A DNA stretch of 64,000 nt from Histomonas meleagridis 2922-C6/04-290x. Lineage: Eukaryota; Protista; Parabasalia. Below, in pieces: positions 47,402 to 57,685 of the stretch. Location of the stretch: the NCBI GenBank assembly GCA_020184695.1, contig JAANOX010000279.1, positions 124,001 to 188,000 on the forward strand. The letters are read 5' to 3'. The notes under the pieces were generated by a model. The model saw nothing but the letters and a program-made list of their open reading frames with translations, made no database searches and had not been told where the DNA came from. The position numbers and the translations under genes are program-made. The stretch's first letter is position 1. The number at the start of each line of letters is the position of its first letter.

Positions 47402-47703
47402 TGCTTGATGAACGTTTAGAATTAAAAATAAAAATCAAGAAATCTTCAAACTCTATGGATTATAGGAGTGAAGCTGATTGCACCACATCTTTATTTAAAA
47501 AGATGTGAATAGGTTTATACATAAAAAATATTTTTAACAAAAAATATATTTGATATATCAAAAATAAAATCAATTGTTTTTTTTCATAATTTAAGCTGAT
47601 CATAAGTCTCTTGATTGTGTATTATGTCTAAAATAAGTAAAAATAGTTCTATTTTTTTGCTTTCTTAAAATCGTTCAAAAGTGTCAACACTAAAAGTGCT
47701 TGT

Positions 47704-50700
47704 ATGAGCTTCAAATCAGATTTCTTTGAAATCGAAAACAAAGAAATGAGTAAAGCTCAAAGCACTATGCACCTTCTTCTCAGGCAAAATAAATTACAAA
47801 TTCTTTTTCAACATTGTGTTGACATAAATTTTTTGAAGGAAATCTTACATTATCCATTAAATCACAACACAGTTGATGCACAATGGTTTGCACGGTCGTT
47901 TCTTTCTTCTTTTCTAAAAGAACAATCAGATGAATTCTATCTTTATTTTCTCAAAGAGTTAAAAACTCAACCAGCAATTCAAGTTTACAAAGTCCTTACA
48001 TCCAAGCAACTTCCTTCCAACAAAAAAGAAAGTGATTTATTTTTCAAATCATTATTTTTCATTTATAGTACATATTCTGGTCTTTATACCTCCATCAAAC
48101 CAATTGTAAATGCCTTTCTTGACACAATTTCTCCTACCATTCTTTTTTCCAAATTTGGTCTTGAAATTTTCCAAATGAAAACGACCATTAGTCCATCAAT
48201 ATTACAGTCATTACCACAAAACCTTATAACTCCAACCTCAGTACCATCATTTCTAACATCGGTTACACAAATTACAGATCCGATGCTTATCAAGACAATT
48301 CAAGTCTTATTAATGTGTAACGAACCATTTCCACATTCCTCTAAACTCTTTAAGCAAACGCGAAATTTCACACTTTTAAATGAATCTTTATGTAAATCGC
48401 ATCATTTTCTCGACATCATTTCACGGCCATCACAACGATTTATCATCAATTCACGACCGGATCAAATTGTTGTTTACACCAAAAATTATCAATATTTTCA
48501 ACCATTTATTTTATTAAGTGTATTTGATTCCTTTAAATTTGATTCCGAAAATCTTTTTGACCTCGTTAAAATGTTTAATAAAGGCGATGTTCATCCATTA
48601 GCGCAAACATTTTTTGACCGGATCATCAATGATTATAATTTTACACATTTTGTTGTTCAAACATTAGGCATTCGCTATGATCGAAGTGATTTTTTAACAC
48701 AATCGATTCCGGCAATCTTTATGCCGATATTATTTACAGTCACACCGAACATATTATATGAATATTCGAAACTTTCATATTTTATGATATCTGATCAAAG
48801 TCGATCACAAGATTTTTCATTTTTTTTTAGTTTTAAATCACTTTTATCAGCATTAGAATTAGTATTAAATTATGAAGAAACTTCTTTTAGTGAATATTTA
48901 GAACAAATAGAAGATGAGAAAATTCGTGAACAAGTTGTTATTGATATATATTCATTAATCTTTTTACAAAAGTCGAATGGCGATTATTATTGTGACATTA
49001 AAACAGCGCAAACGATTTTATATAATTTAACAAATTATTTACCGGAAAAAATATTTAATTCATCAAATGATAAATTAATGTTTGCAATTACACAAGGGAA
49101 TAATTCGATTAAATCGGTATTAATTTCACCTCTTTGTATTGTTTATGATGTAATGAAGACAGATGATTATGATCCAGCTTTATTTATGTTAAAAAGTAAT
49201 CAAAAATATTTTAATATTATTCGTTTAATTCGTTCATTAAAATCAAATAATAATATTAATGATAAAGAATTAGATGATTTACCAATTTATAGTTTGGAAT
49301 ATTTCTTATCAAAAGGTATCGAAAATCAACAATATAAAATTAATTTAAATGATTATTTAAAACAAATAAAAACTAATAAATTCGAGAAAATTTCATTCGA
49401 AGAAATTTTGTCAATTATAATTTATCGAAGAAAACAAAATAAAAACCCTTTCGATTTCTCACATATTAATGATGCGAAATATTTAATCGAGAAGATTGAA
49501 ATCGAAGGATTTTCATTCCCTTCAATTACATCTTTTCGAAGTATATTTCCTTTGTTCTCATCATTTTTAGATTGTATTTATATGATCCAAAATTTAATTC
49601 GATTTTCTAAAATAAATTTTTCAACTGAAGTTTCACATGAAGAATTAATTAAAGAATTAGTTAAATTAATTGTTAAAAGTGATCAAATCGATTCATGGAA
49701 TTCACTTGTAACACTTTTAGGGCCAAATGCATTACAATTAATTTTACAATATTCTTCAATTGATGATGTTAATAATTCATTGTTTGGAGTAATATCTCAA
49801 AACTCAAAAGTTACTGCATTAGCATTTTATTATGAGAAAATTAAAAATGGAAAATGGGATTCATCCACATTAAAAACGACATTAAAGAAAATGCATAATA
49901 AAAATAACTCAAACAATAAAAGTAAAAATTCATCTAAAAATTCAATTTTCGATAAATTTATGATAAAGAAATTCGGTAAAGAAAATTCGGAATTTAAATC
50001 TTATGAAGAAATTGTCGATTTAACATATTATATCGAAAATGATATCTCCGAAAATCAAATTCAAAATTATATTAAAGAAGCATTTGAAAAGAATATATTT
50101 AATCATGAAGAATTAAATTTGTTGTTTTATAAATTCCCAGAACATTTTAAAAATTATGTTTATGAACATTTAGAAAGTATTAAACCAAATGATTTATATG
50201 AATTAAATGGTTTTTTAGGATATAAATCAATTGAATACTTAAAAGATAATTTAAATTCGATTAATCCTAAAATTGTATTTCCATATTTAATAAAAAATAA
50301 TTTATTTTATATGTTAAAGAAATATATTAAAGAGTTTAAATTAGAAGTTAAAGAAATTTATAATTTAATAAATGAATTACAAAAACAAAATAAACTGAAA
50401 GAATTTATAATAAAATGTGATAATTTCATATTAAAAAATCAACAAAAATTCCCAAAAAATATTCAAGAAGTAATAAATAAAACAAGAAAAATTGTCCAAA
50501 AAGAAAAACAATTAGAAAATGATCGATTAAATCGTAAATATCCAATCAACAAAGAATTATTTAATCAAATTATCAAACGTAATGAAATCGATTTAATTCA
50601 AAAATTAAAAATAATATCAAAAGAATATATTACAAATTATCGATTAGACTTGAAAATGTTTAATTATATCATTACACAATCAATTAATTATATATCTGAA

Positions 50701-52341
50701 ATCGAAGTAAATTCTAATGAAACAGAACAAAAAGCACAAACATCATTAAACAAAATGAATCGAATATTTTATAAATTAAAGAATTCATTTTTAATTTCTG
50801 GTACAATACATTCGACGAATGAATCAATTTTTTCACAAATTGAAGTTTTAGCTTTATTTACACAAAAAAATATATATCAAAAGTTCCAACAAAGTTATAA
50901 TTTCAATAATATATTAACAAAAGAAACAGGACAAATATTAGCAGAGATGTGTATTAATAATGATTATTTCGAGTTAATGATTAATATATGTTCATATTGG
51001 GGAATTGATAATATATATTTCATCATCCATTATTTAATTATTTGTTATGGGTTAAACTTATTACAACAAGGGAATAATATATTATTAACACTTTCTAATG
51101 TTAAAACTCATCAAATATATTCACAATTTGCTCAACAAATTATTAATATATTATCTCATCCAAATCCTTTCGATATATCATATTATATTATGCCTACAAA
51201 TGAAACTTTCGAAATATTAATTAATGAAATAACGAAAAAGAAAATCGATATTCCTTCTTTATATTTATCGATTTCACATCAATTAAAAATTATGAATACA
51301 TTTATATTATCAAAAAATAATATTATGTCAATTCAAGAATCATTAAAAATTATTGGCGAAGAACGATTTTTAAGTTCGTTCTATTGTTCTTTAGGACGTT
51401 TTGATGACGCGTTTTCATTATTAAATATTGTCGAAAATAAATCAAAGTTCTTTTTGAATAATATAATGAAACCTGCATTAGAATATCAAAGATGGAATCT
51501 TTTGTGGGTTCGAGTATCGAAAAATTTTAATGAATTCGCAAAATATATTAAAGATATATTCGATTTTCTTGAACAATTCGAAATGTATTTGACTTTATGT
51601 GATGTCCAATTTAGACTTTCTTTCTATGACATGTCAATTAATTCGGCGTTGTCTTATTTCGAACATTGTAACTCATTTGAAGAAGAATTGTTTTCAATTC
51701 AAAAGATTCAATCATCTTGTGAGAAATCAATTTCATTACGAGAGTCGAATGACGAAGTTTTATTCCCCATTTATAAACATGGGGAATTGGTAGCTTTAAG
51801 AAATAGAGTTCATTTGCAAATTAAATTAATTAATTTGTGCATCGAGAATCAAATACCTTTTTCTAATGAACTTGAGGTGATTAAAAATAAGGATAACTCT
51901 ATGAAAGTCATCTTACTACTCCTAAATATGGGGAAACTCGACTTCGTAATGGACGCGATGATTTTCATGCCGTTTACTTTTGAGAACGTTTGCGATGAAT
52001 ACATTGACAGGTTATTAAAAAGTGGCGAGGGAGCGGTTTCGCAATTCTTCGCAGGTTTTTCGAAGTATTCAAAGGATCCAAATTATGATATAATCGTGGT
52101 AATAATGGTGGAAACTATAGCAAAAAGAGCATTGGATAAAAAGTCGTTGTTTCCTTTCATTAAGGCAAATGTAAAAAGTGACACAGCGAAGGCAAAACTG
52201 TTTATAAAATTCGGGAATTTGGATGAGGCATTCGTGATAGCAAAGAAATGCGCAAAGGATTTGATGATCGATATAATGGAACAGGCAAAAAAATGCGGAA
52301 ATACAAAGTTGGCGGAGAAGTGCCAGAAATTTATCAAATAA
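47704..52341 (+). CDS. Large helical protein with spastizin (ZFYVE26/SPG15)-like C-terminus
   Basis: 1545-aa open ORF. The C-terminal pattern SFY..LGRFDDAFSLL..FLNNIMKPAL..YIKDIFDFLEQ..YLTLCDVQ resembles SPG15 from memory. Confidence 0.6.
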   Translation: MSFKSDFFEIENKEMSKAQSTMHLLLRQNKLQILFQHCVDINFLKEILHYPLNHNTVDAQWFARSFLSSFLKEQSDEFYLYFLKELKTQPAIQVYKVLTSKQLPSNKKESDLFFKSLFFIYSTYSGLYTSIKPIVNAFLDTISPTILFSKFGLEIFQMKTTISPSILQSLPQNLITPTSVPSFLTSVTQITDPMLIKTIQVLLMCNEPFPHSSKLFKQTRNFTLLNESLCKSHHFLDIISRPSQRFIINSRPDQIVVYTKNYQYFQPFILLSVFDSFKFDSENLFDLVKMFNKGDVHPLAQTFFDRIINDYNFTHFVVQTLGIRYDRSDFLTQSIPAIFMPILFTVTPNILYEYSKLSYFMISDQSRSQDFSFFFSFKSLLSALELVLNYEETSFSEYLEQIEDEKIREQVVIDIYSLIFLQKSNGDYYCDIKTAQTILYNLTNYLPEKIFNSSNDKLMFAITQGNNSIKSVLISPLCIVYDVMKTDDYDPALFMLKSNQKYFNIIRLIRSLKSNNNINDKELDDLPIYSLEYFLSKGIENQQYKINLNDYLKQIKTNKFEKISFEEILSIIIYRRKQNKNPFDFSHINDAKYLIEKIEIEGFSFPSITSFRSIFPLFSSFLDCIYMIQNLIRFSKINFSTEVSHEELIKELVKLIVKSDQIDSWNSLVTLLGPNALQLILQYSSIDDVNNSLFGVISQNSKVTALAFYYEKIKNGKWDSSTLKTTLKKMHNKNNSNNKSKNSSKNSIFDKFMIKKFGKENSEFKSYEEIVDLTYYIENDISENQIQNYIKEAFEKNIFNHEELNLLFYKFPEHFKNYVYEHLESIKPNDLYELNGFLGYKSIEYLKDNLNSINPKIVFPYLIKNNLFYMLKKYIKEFKLEVKEIYNLINELQKQNKLKEFIIKCDNFILKNQQKFPKNIQEVINKTRKIVQKEKQLENDRLNRKYPINKELFNQIIKRNEIDLIQKLKIISKEYITNYRLDLKMFNYIITQSINYISEIEVNSNETEQKAQTSLNKMNRIFYKLKNSFLISGTIHSTNESIFSQIEVLALFTQKNIYQKFQQSYNFNNILTKETGQILAEMCINNDYFELMINICSYWGIDNIYFIIHYLIICYGLNLLQQGNNILLTLSNVKTHQIYSQFAQQIINILSHPNPFDISYYIMPTNETFEILINEITKKKIDIPSLYLSISHQLKIMNTFILSKNNIMSIQESLKIIGEERFLSSFYCSLGRFDDAFSLLNIVENKSKFFLNNIMKPALEYQRWNLLWVRVSKNFNEFAKYIKDIFDFLEQFEMYLTLCDVQFRLSFYDMSINSALSYFEHCNSFEEELFSIQKIQSSCEKSISLRESNDEVLFPIYKHGELVALRNRVHLQIKLINLCIENQIPFSNELEVIKNKDNSMKVILLLLNMGKLDFVMDAMIFMPFTFENVCDEYIDRLLKSGEGAVSQFFAGFSKYSKDPNYDIIVVIMVETIAKRALDKKSLFPFIKANVKSDTAKAKLFIKFGNLDEAFVIAKKCAKDLMIDIMEQAKKCGNTKLAEKCQKFIK

Positions 52342-52761
52342 TGTGTTAAATATGTTGTTTTTTAATTATATTTTTATTTTATCATTCTTTATATATAAAT
52401 GAAAGTGTATATTTTAATTCTCTAGAGAAATAAACCTTTCTTCGATATCATTTTACTATTAGTTTCGGTATAACGATAGAAATTTCGAAATAACGATGGT
52501 TTTTTCTGTGAAAAACGATTTCTTGGTTATTTAATTTGTCTATCGTTCGTCTACAACATTTACAAAATTATATTACAATAGTAAGTGTTTTCTTATATAT
52601 ATCAAATAATGTTATTCATTTTAATCATTTTTTATTTCAAAATTGCATGCAATCATTAAAACATATAATAATACCTTTTTTTGAAAAAAAAATAAGTAAG
52701 GAAAAAGAAAGTTAAAACAAACAAAATCATATGTGTGATACATTAAAAATTTATTTCCTTA

Positions 52762-53328
52762 TTACATGCGATTTATTATGTTTTTGTTTGTGAACAAATT
52801 TCGTTTATCATTTTGTTCTTGTTCTGCAGCTCTCTTCATTGATTTGAGGAGTTCTTCATAGTCCCTTTTTGCTTTCACTGAAGCTTTTGATTTAATTGGG
52901 TCTAAGCTTTTCTTTGGTACAAAAAGAGCTTTGCGAAACTTTTCAGTTTTTGGAGAATGCACTGAAATTTTTGGTCCTTTCACCGATTCTGGTGTAGTAG
53001 TTGAGGAGCTTTCCAAGTACCCTGCAAAGTATGATTGTTTTTTAACGAATTTTGGTTCTTCTTTTTGATTATCATTTTTCTCGGAATTATTTTGTTGCTT
53101 TTTCTTTTCTTTTTTGTCATTACCTAAATTAATAAATACTTTTTTAGGTGGTTTTGGTATTTTTTGTTTTCCATCTTTGTTTTTTGTATCAATTTTATTC
53201 AAATTTCCATCTGATTTTGAAACACAACTTGATGCATCACTTGCAATTCGCATTAGAAATTCTTCCATATTTGCATCAGAAGATTCTATGTTGGAATCGC
53301 TGATTCCTGAAATTGTTTCTTTTTCCAT
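52762..53328 (-). CDS. Hypothetical K/S-rich protein
   Basis: 188-aa ORF from ATG. Confidence 0.6.
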   Translation of the reverse strand: MEKETISGISDSNIESSDANMEEFLMRIASDASSCVSKSDGNLNKIDTKNKDGKQKIPKPPKKVFINLGNDKKEKKKQQNNSEKNDNQKEEPKFVKKQSYFAGYLESSSTTTPESVKGPKISVHSPKTEKFRKALFVPKKSLDPIKSKASVKAKRDYEELLKSMKRAAEQEQNDKRNLFTNKNIINRM

Positions 53329-53456
53329 GTTTTAACGTTTAAAAAGTGGTAAAAAAGTGCGCAAAAAACAAAAAAATTTATTAAAATATGTGCGTTATAG
53401 AACAATGTTATATAACGAAGAAAAGTGATGTTATCACGAAAGAAGATTATTTTGAG

Positions 53457-54110
53457 TTATTCATATATTTCAACCGCAATTGCAAATATCGAAATTAAAA
53501 ATCGAATTAAAATATCCCACGAAGGATTTTTAGCATCTGTAACTTTGATTCTAAAAAGCGAACGTGACGAAAAGGAAACCATTTCTATTTCGCTTATCTT
53601 TAAATCAATTTTTTTCGAATTGAGAAATGAATTTGAAAGCAAAAGTGCAGTGTTCGATTGCTGATGAAGATAATCACCTAGTGTTCTGTTTTCATCAAAA
53701 AGTATTATTTGACATGCTGACTTGCACTCACTTTGCTGAATTTGTCTAATGATTTTTCCATATCTTAAATACCTCCCATCTTGCACAACAACTCCACAAT
53801 CAGGAGGGCACTGTTTAACATAAATTGAAAAAGCAAATAACTTATCATTTTGCATTTGAACTTCAAAACATGAAAGTATTGCAGGTTCTGTGTTTTCAAT
53901 AGGAAGAATAGGCTCTGGATCTTGTGTATCTACAATTGTTGTGTTTCTAGGAATTCTTTCACAAGAAAGTGGTAATTCTTTGATATTTGAAATTTCCTGA
54001 TATACAATGATTTTTGGGTCAATACCTGTTTCTTCAATTACTCCATTTGGAAGGAAGTCAGATATTATTTTATCTTGCATATTTTCATTGTTTTCGAAGA
54101 AAAAATTCAT
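53457..54110 (-). CDS. Hypothetical protein
   Basis: 217-aa ORF from ATG. Confidence 0.6.
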   Translation of the reverse strand: MNFFFENNENMQDKIISDFLPNGVIEETGIDPKIIVYQEISNIKELPLSCERIPRNTTIVDTQDPEPILPIENTEPAILSCFEVQMQNDKLFAFSIYVKQCPPDCGVVVQDGRYLRYGKIIRQIQQSECKSACQIILFDENRTLGDYLHQQSNTALLLSNSFLNSKKIDLKISEIEMVSFSSRSLFRIKVTDAKNPSWDILIRFLISIFAIAVEIYE

Positions 54111-54216
54111 TTTTTACACTCTATCGTTAGAGCACCCCAAACACAAATTTAACGTTTTTTCTCAAAATAAAAATTCTTCAAATTCTTAAGCAATAAACTT
54201 TTTTTTTTACTAATTT

Positions 54217-56568
54217 TTAATCCTGTGATAATAGTCTAGAGAGTCCGATTTGACCATTTCTGTTTGCATAAGTTAAGGCTGTACAAATACATATAAATAA
54301 ATACCAAAACCACAAAGTAAATTTCGAAAATTGATAAAAAACATTAAAATTTTTGAATAAATTGATTTTGCATTTATATCAATTCCTTCTCTTTGAGCGA
54401 GTATTTCTACCACTTGAGTATTACCATATTCAGCTGCCAATATAAGTGGTGTCTTATATCAGGTTAATAAATTCCAAAAACAGAAGAAAAACATCAAACA
54501 AATAAAATAAACTTCAAATAAAAAATTTTAACATCTCTTGGATTTACATCAACACCCTTCTGACTAAGAGCCATATCTAACAATGTAAGATTTCCACTCT
54601 TTGCTATCGAGATCAATAAAGATTGAAGAGAAACAAATAAATACCATTAAATTGATTAAATAAACGACAAAGCAAATAAACAAATTCCGCAATTATTTAC
54701 ATTATATTTACCAGAATTAAGTAAATATTTAACAATTTCTAAATGAACATCAAGATTTCCATCACATGAAATTGTTATTGGTGTATCAAATAAAATGAAC
54801 AAATTCCAAAAATTAAAATCAAATATCAAAACTTCAAAATAAACTTTAAATCATAAATTAAAATATCATATACATATACTTCAATACCTTTAGATACAAG
54901 TAATTTAACAATATTAAGAAAACCTCGATCACATGCATAAGTTAAAGCATTCCAAAAAATCACTTTAAAACTCCAAATTATATTTTTTAACATAAAAATA
55001 TAAAAACAAATTTTAAAAGTTCGAAATTAAACACTTTGAATATTAAGATCAATTCCTGGAAATGAAAGTAAAGTTGTAACAATTTTAACATGACCATAAC
55101 AACATGCGTTTATTAAAGCTGTTTTAAATGACACAAATAAATATCAAATAAAAATTTGTAACATGAAACACAAAAAATTAAACATAAATTATTACAAATA
55201 AATATCTTTTGCATTAATATCTATCACCATTTTTGGATTAGTATTTTGTGGACGATTTTTCATTAAGTCAAGGATAATATTTACAATATTTTCCCAACCT
55301 TTCTTACAAGCGTACATTAAAGCATTACAATCAAGAAGCACAAAAAAACATTAAAAATATATAAAAAACGAAAAAAATTAAAGAAACTCATCACATGTCC
55401 CAATTAAAACATCTTTTCTTTTCAGTATATATTCAACTAAATCAACGTTACCAGATTTAACAGCTAAAAGAAAAGCGTTTTCTGGCAGCGGCAATTTCAC
55501 TAGGAAATAATTCACGAGGAATATATTTCCTGATAAAAACGCCTCTTCCAAAAGCTCATTCGTAATTTTTAATCCATTATCCTCAAGGAAAGTTAACACA
55601 TCGAAGTTACCATATCTCACACATAAAATTGGTGAATTACCAATCAAACTTAAATTCATATTATTTTGTACGAAAAGTCGATAAAATATTTCATCGCGAT
55701 GAAAACGTACTGCAGATTCATAAACTGATTGTTGAATTGGTGATTTACATAAGTCAATTATTTCATAATTTCCTCCTGCTACAGCAAATGCTTCTAAATC
55801 TTTATTATTAATTGTTTCGTTTAATATTTCATTAAATTTATCGTTATATATATTTTTAATTGTTTTAAAACATTTAATCGATCCAAAATATGCTGCATGA
55901 AATATTAATGGATATGAATAATCATTAATATATGAACATCGTTCAAATAAATCAGGTTCAATGTTATATGGAATTGTTCCAGTAAATTTATTGGATGTTA
56001 ATGTTTCGCGTAAATTTCGTTCATCATCTTCACGAACGAATTGAGTTAATTCATTAGTATTAACTCCTTTTAATGCAAGTGATTTATGATAATCCCACCC
56101 TTCGCTTTGTATGGATTCTAAGACATTTTCTTCAAAGTAATTAGCGAAAGGGACGTTTTCTTTGTTGTAAAAAACGCGGTTTTCTTTAACATGTGCAAGA
56201 AAATAAGTTTTGCGACATAATACAAGATTAGAGGATATCATTTCTTGATCAATCATTCGAGCAAGAAGGAAATCCGCTTCTTGAGATTGAATTCCTAAAA
56301 GATATTGGGAAAAAACATAGATTAATGTATATGTAAAATGAAGTTCTTTTTCTAGACGATCTACTAACTTAATGTAGTCCAAATACATCTCATCTTCCTT
56401 GCTATTGGAACAAAATGCTGAATAAATTAATATGCTTATTATTTGGTTGACTGAATATCCATACTCCGGATCTAAATATTTCCTTACTGCAATAATCGAC
56501 AAATTAACGGAGTTGCTACTGATGTTGAAAATGATTCTTTGAAGAGAATGTAATGTTGGTGAGCTCAT
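54217..56568 (-). CDS. Divergent DUF3447-ankyrin gene E (about 635 aa after removing 26 elements in 7 blocks)
   Basis: Blocks 55327-55389 (63 nt), 55123-55203 (81), 54952-55032 (81), 54785-54864 (80), 54623-54685 (63), 54453-54532 (80) and 54283-54362 (80). All cores are stop-free. Final repeat TALTYANRNGQIGLSRLLSQD*. Confidence 0.8.
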
Positions 56569-56811
56569 TAAAATCTCCCGGGAAACCGACAAAACCGTTT
56601 AAATTGGGTTTGTTGATTTAAATCAAAACAAAATATCCAGCCATTTCCCATATATATTTTACAAAATAAAACAATCAAACATTACATGTAATCAATAAGT
56701 TATATAACTTATTTTTGCTAAGTGTTATTAGAAAAGAATTTTTTGGGGATTAATAACGTTCAAAATTATTTGACTTGGTTTGTTCGGGAAAATTAAAAAA
56801 AAGTTAAAATT

Positions 56812-57567
56812 TTACTTTGTTTCTTCAGTTTTCGCTTCTTCTTCAACTGGGCGAGGAACAGCAGCGGCTTTTGTGACTGCGCGGCCTTCGTGGAGCTTCT
56901 TGAGTTCCTCAGTGCTAAATGTAGGTGCCTTAATAACTTTGATCTTTGTAACATAAACATTATCGACTTGCATGATAGTCTTGCATTTCTCGACTATTGC
57001 CTTTTCGATTGTTTCGTTGACAATTGTGTTACATAATTCCGGAATTGTAGACTTTTCAATTGTCTCCTTCATTATGGCAATGCAAGCATCTCTGATTTCT
57101 CGCTTCTTTGACTGTTGAGCGTAGCAAGCCTTCTTGTTTGGGTTCAATTTCTTGGTGAATCCAATGCTGAAAGCGCGGAGAATGTATCCATCAGCTGTAC
57201 GAACATCAACTTGAGCATTGATGAGTGTACGGTATTTACGAAGGAGGGATGAGAGCTTGTCATTTGTGAGCCTCATTCCTGCAAAAACTGTTAATACATC
57301 ATTGTTATGAACATCGACTGATTTCCAGCTGAAGAGACGATACGCATGTGATTGCTCTTCAACAAGATCACCATGTGAAAGTTCGAAAACACGGTTGTTG
57401 AGGTAATCTGCTGGTGTTTTACCACGAGCACATTTGTGTGAAACTGTAAAGCCAATATCTCGTTTTCCAAAGAATCCTGGAACGAAAACATGGCGCCATT
57501 CCTTCTTGAGGAAAGTATCCTGCTTGATTTTCTTTGAGGCTTTGCCCTTTTGCTGAGCTTTACCCAT
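56812..57567 (-). CDS. RPS3A: 40S ribosomal protein S3a (eS1)
   Basis: DTFLKKEWRHV, LNNRVFELSHGDL, FAGMRLTNDKLSSL, TADGYILRAFSIGFTKK and CYAQQSK. Confidence 0.97.
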   Translation of the reverse strand: MGKAQQKGKASKKIKQDTFLKKEWRHVFVPGFFGKRDIGFTVSHKCARGKTPADYLNNRVFELSHGDLVEEQSHAYRLFSWKSVDVHNNDVLTVFAGMRLTNDKLSSLLRKYRTLINAQVDVRTADGYILRAFSIGFTKKLNPNKKACYAQQSKKREIRDACIAIMKETIEKSTIPELCNTIVNETIEKAIVEKCKTIMQVDNVYVTKIKVIKAPTFSTEELKKLHEGRAVTKAAAVPRPVEEEAKTEETK

Positions 57568-57572
57568 TTTCC

Positions 57573-57578
57573 AAAAGG
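57573..57578 (-). promoter_or_regulatory. M5-type motif (CCTTTT) of RPS3a
   Basis: Lies 5 nt upstream of the ATG. Confidence 0.6.
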
Positions 57579-57685
57579 AGAGACCAAGCCGATCATTTAA
57601 CGGTTGATAGTATACGATACAATTTTTGAGTGGTTAATCATAATAAACCAAAGAAACAATAGCAGTGAAGAAATATTTTTATTGA

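Noticed and set aside
54952-55032. Single matched-codon ribosomal hop from the third codon (TTG/TTT) to TTT at -6
   Set aside because: The second codon is a stop in two blocks (TAA here, TGA at 35010), the product lacks the conserved Gly, and the 4x(17+3) parse fits all blocks better.
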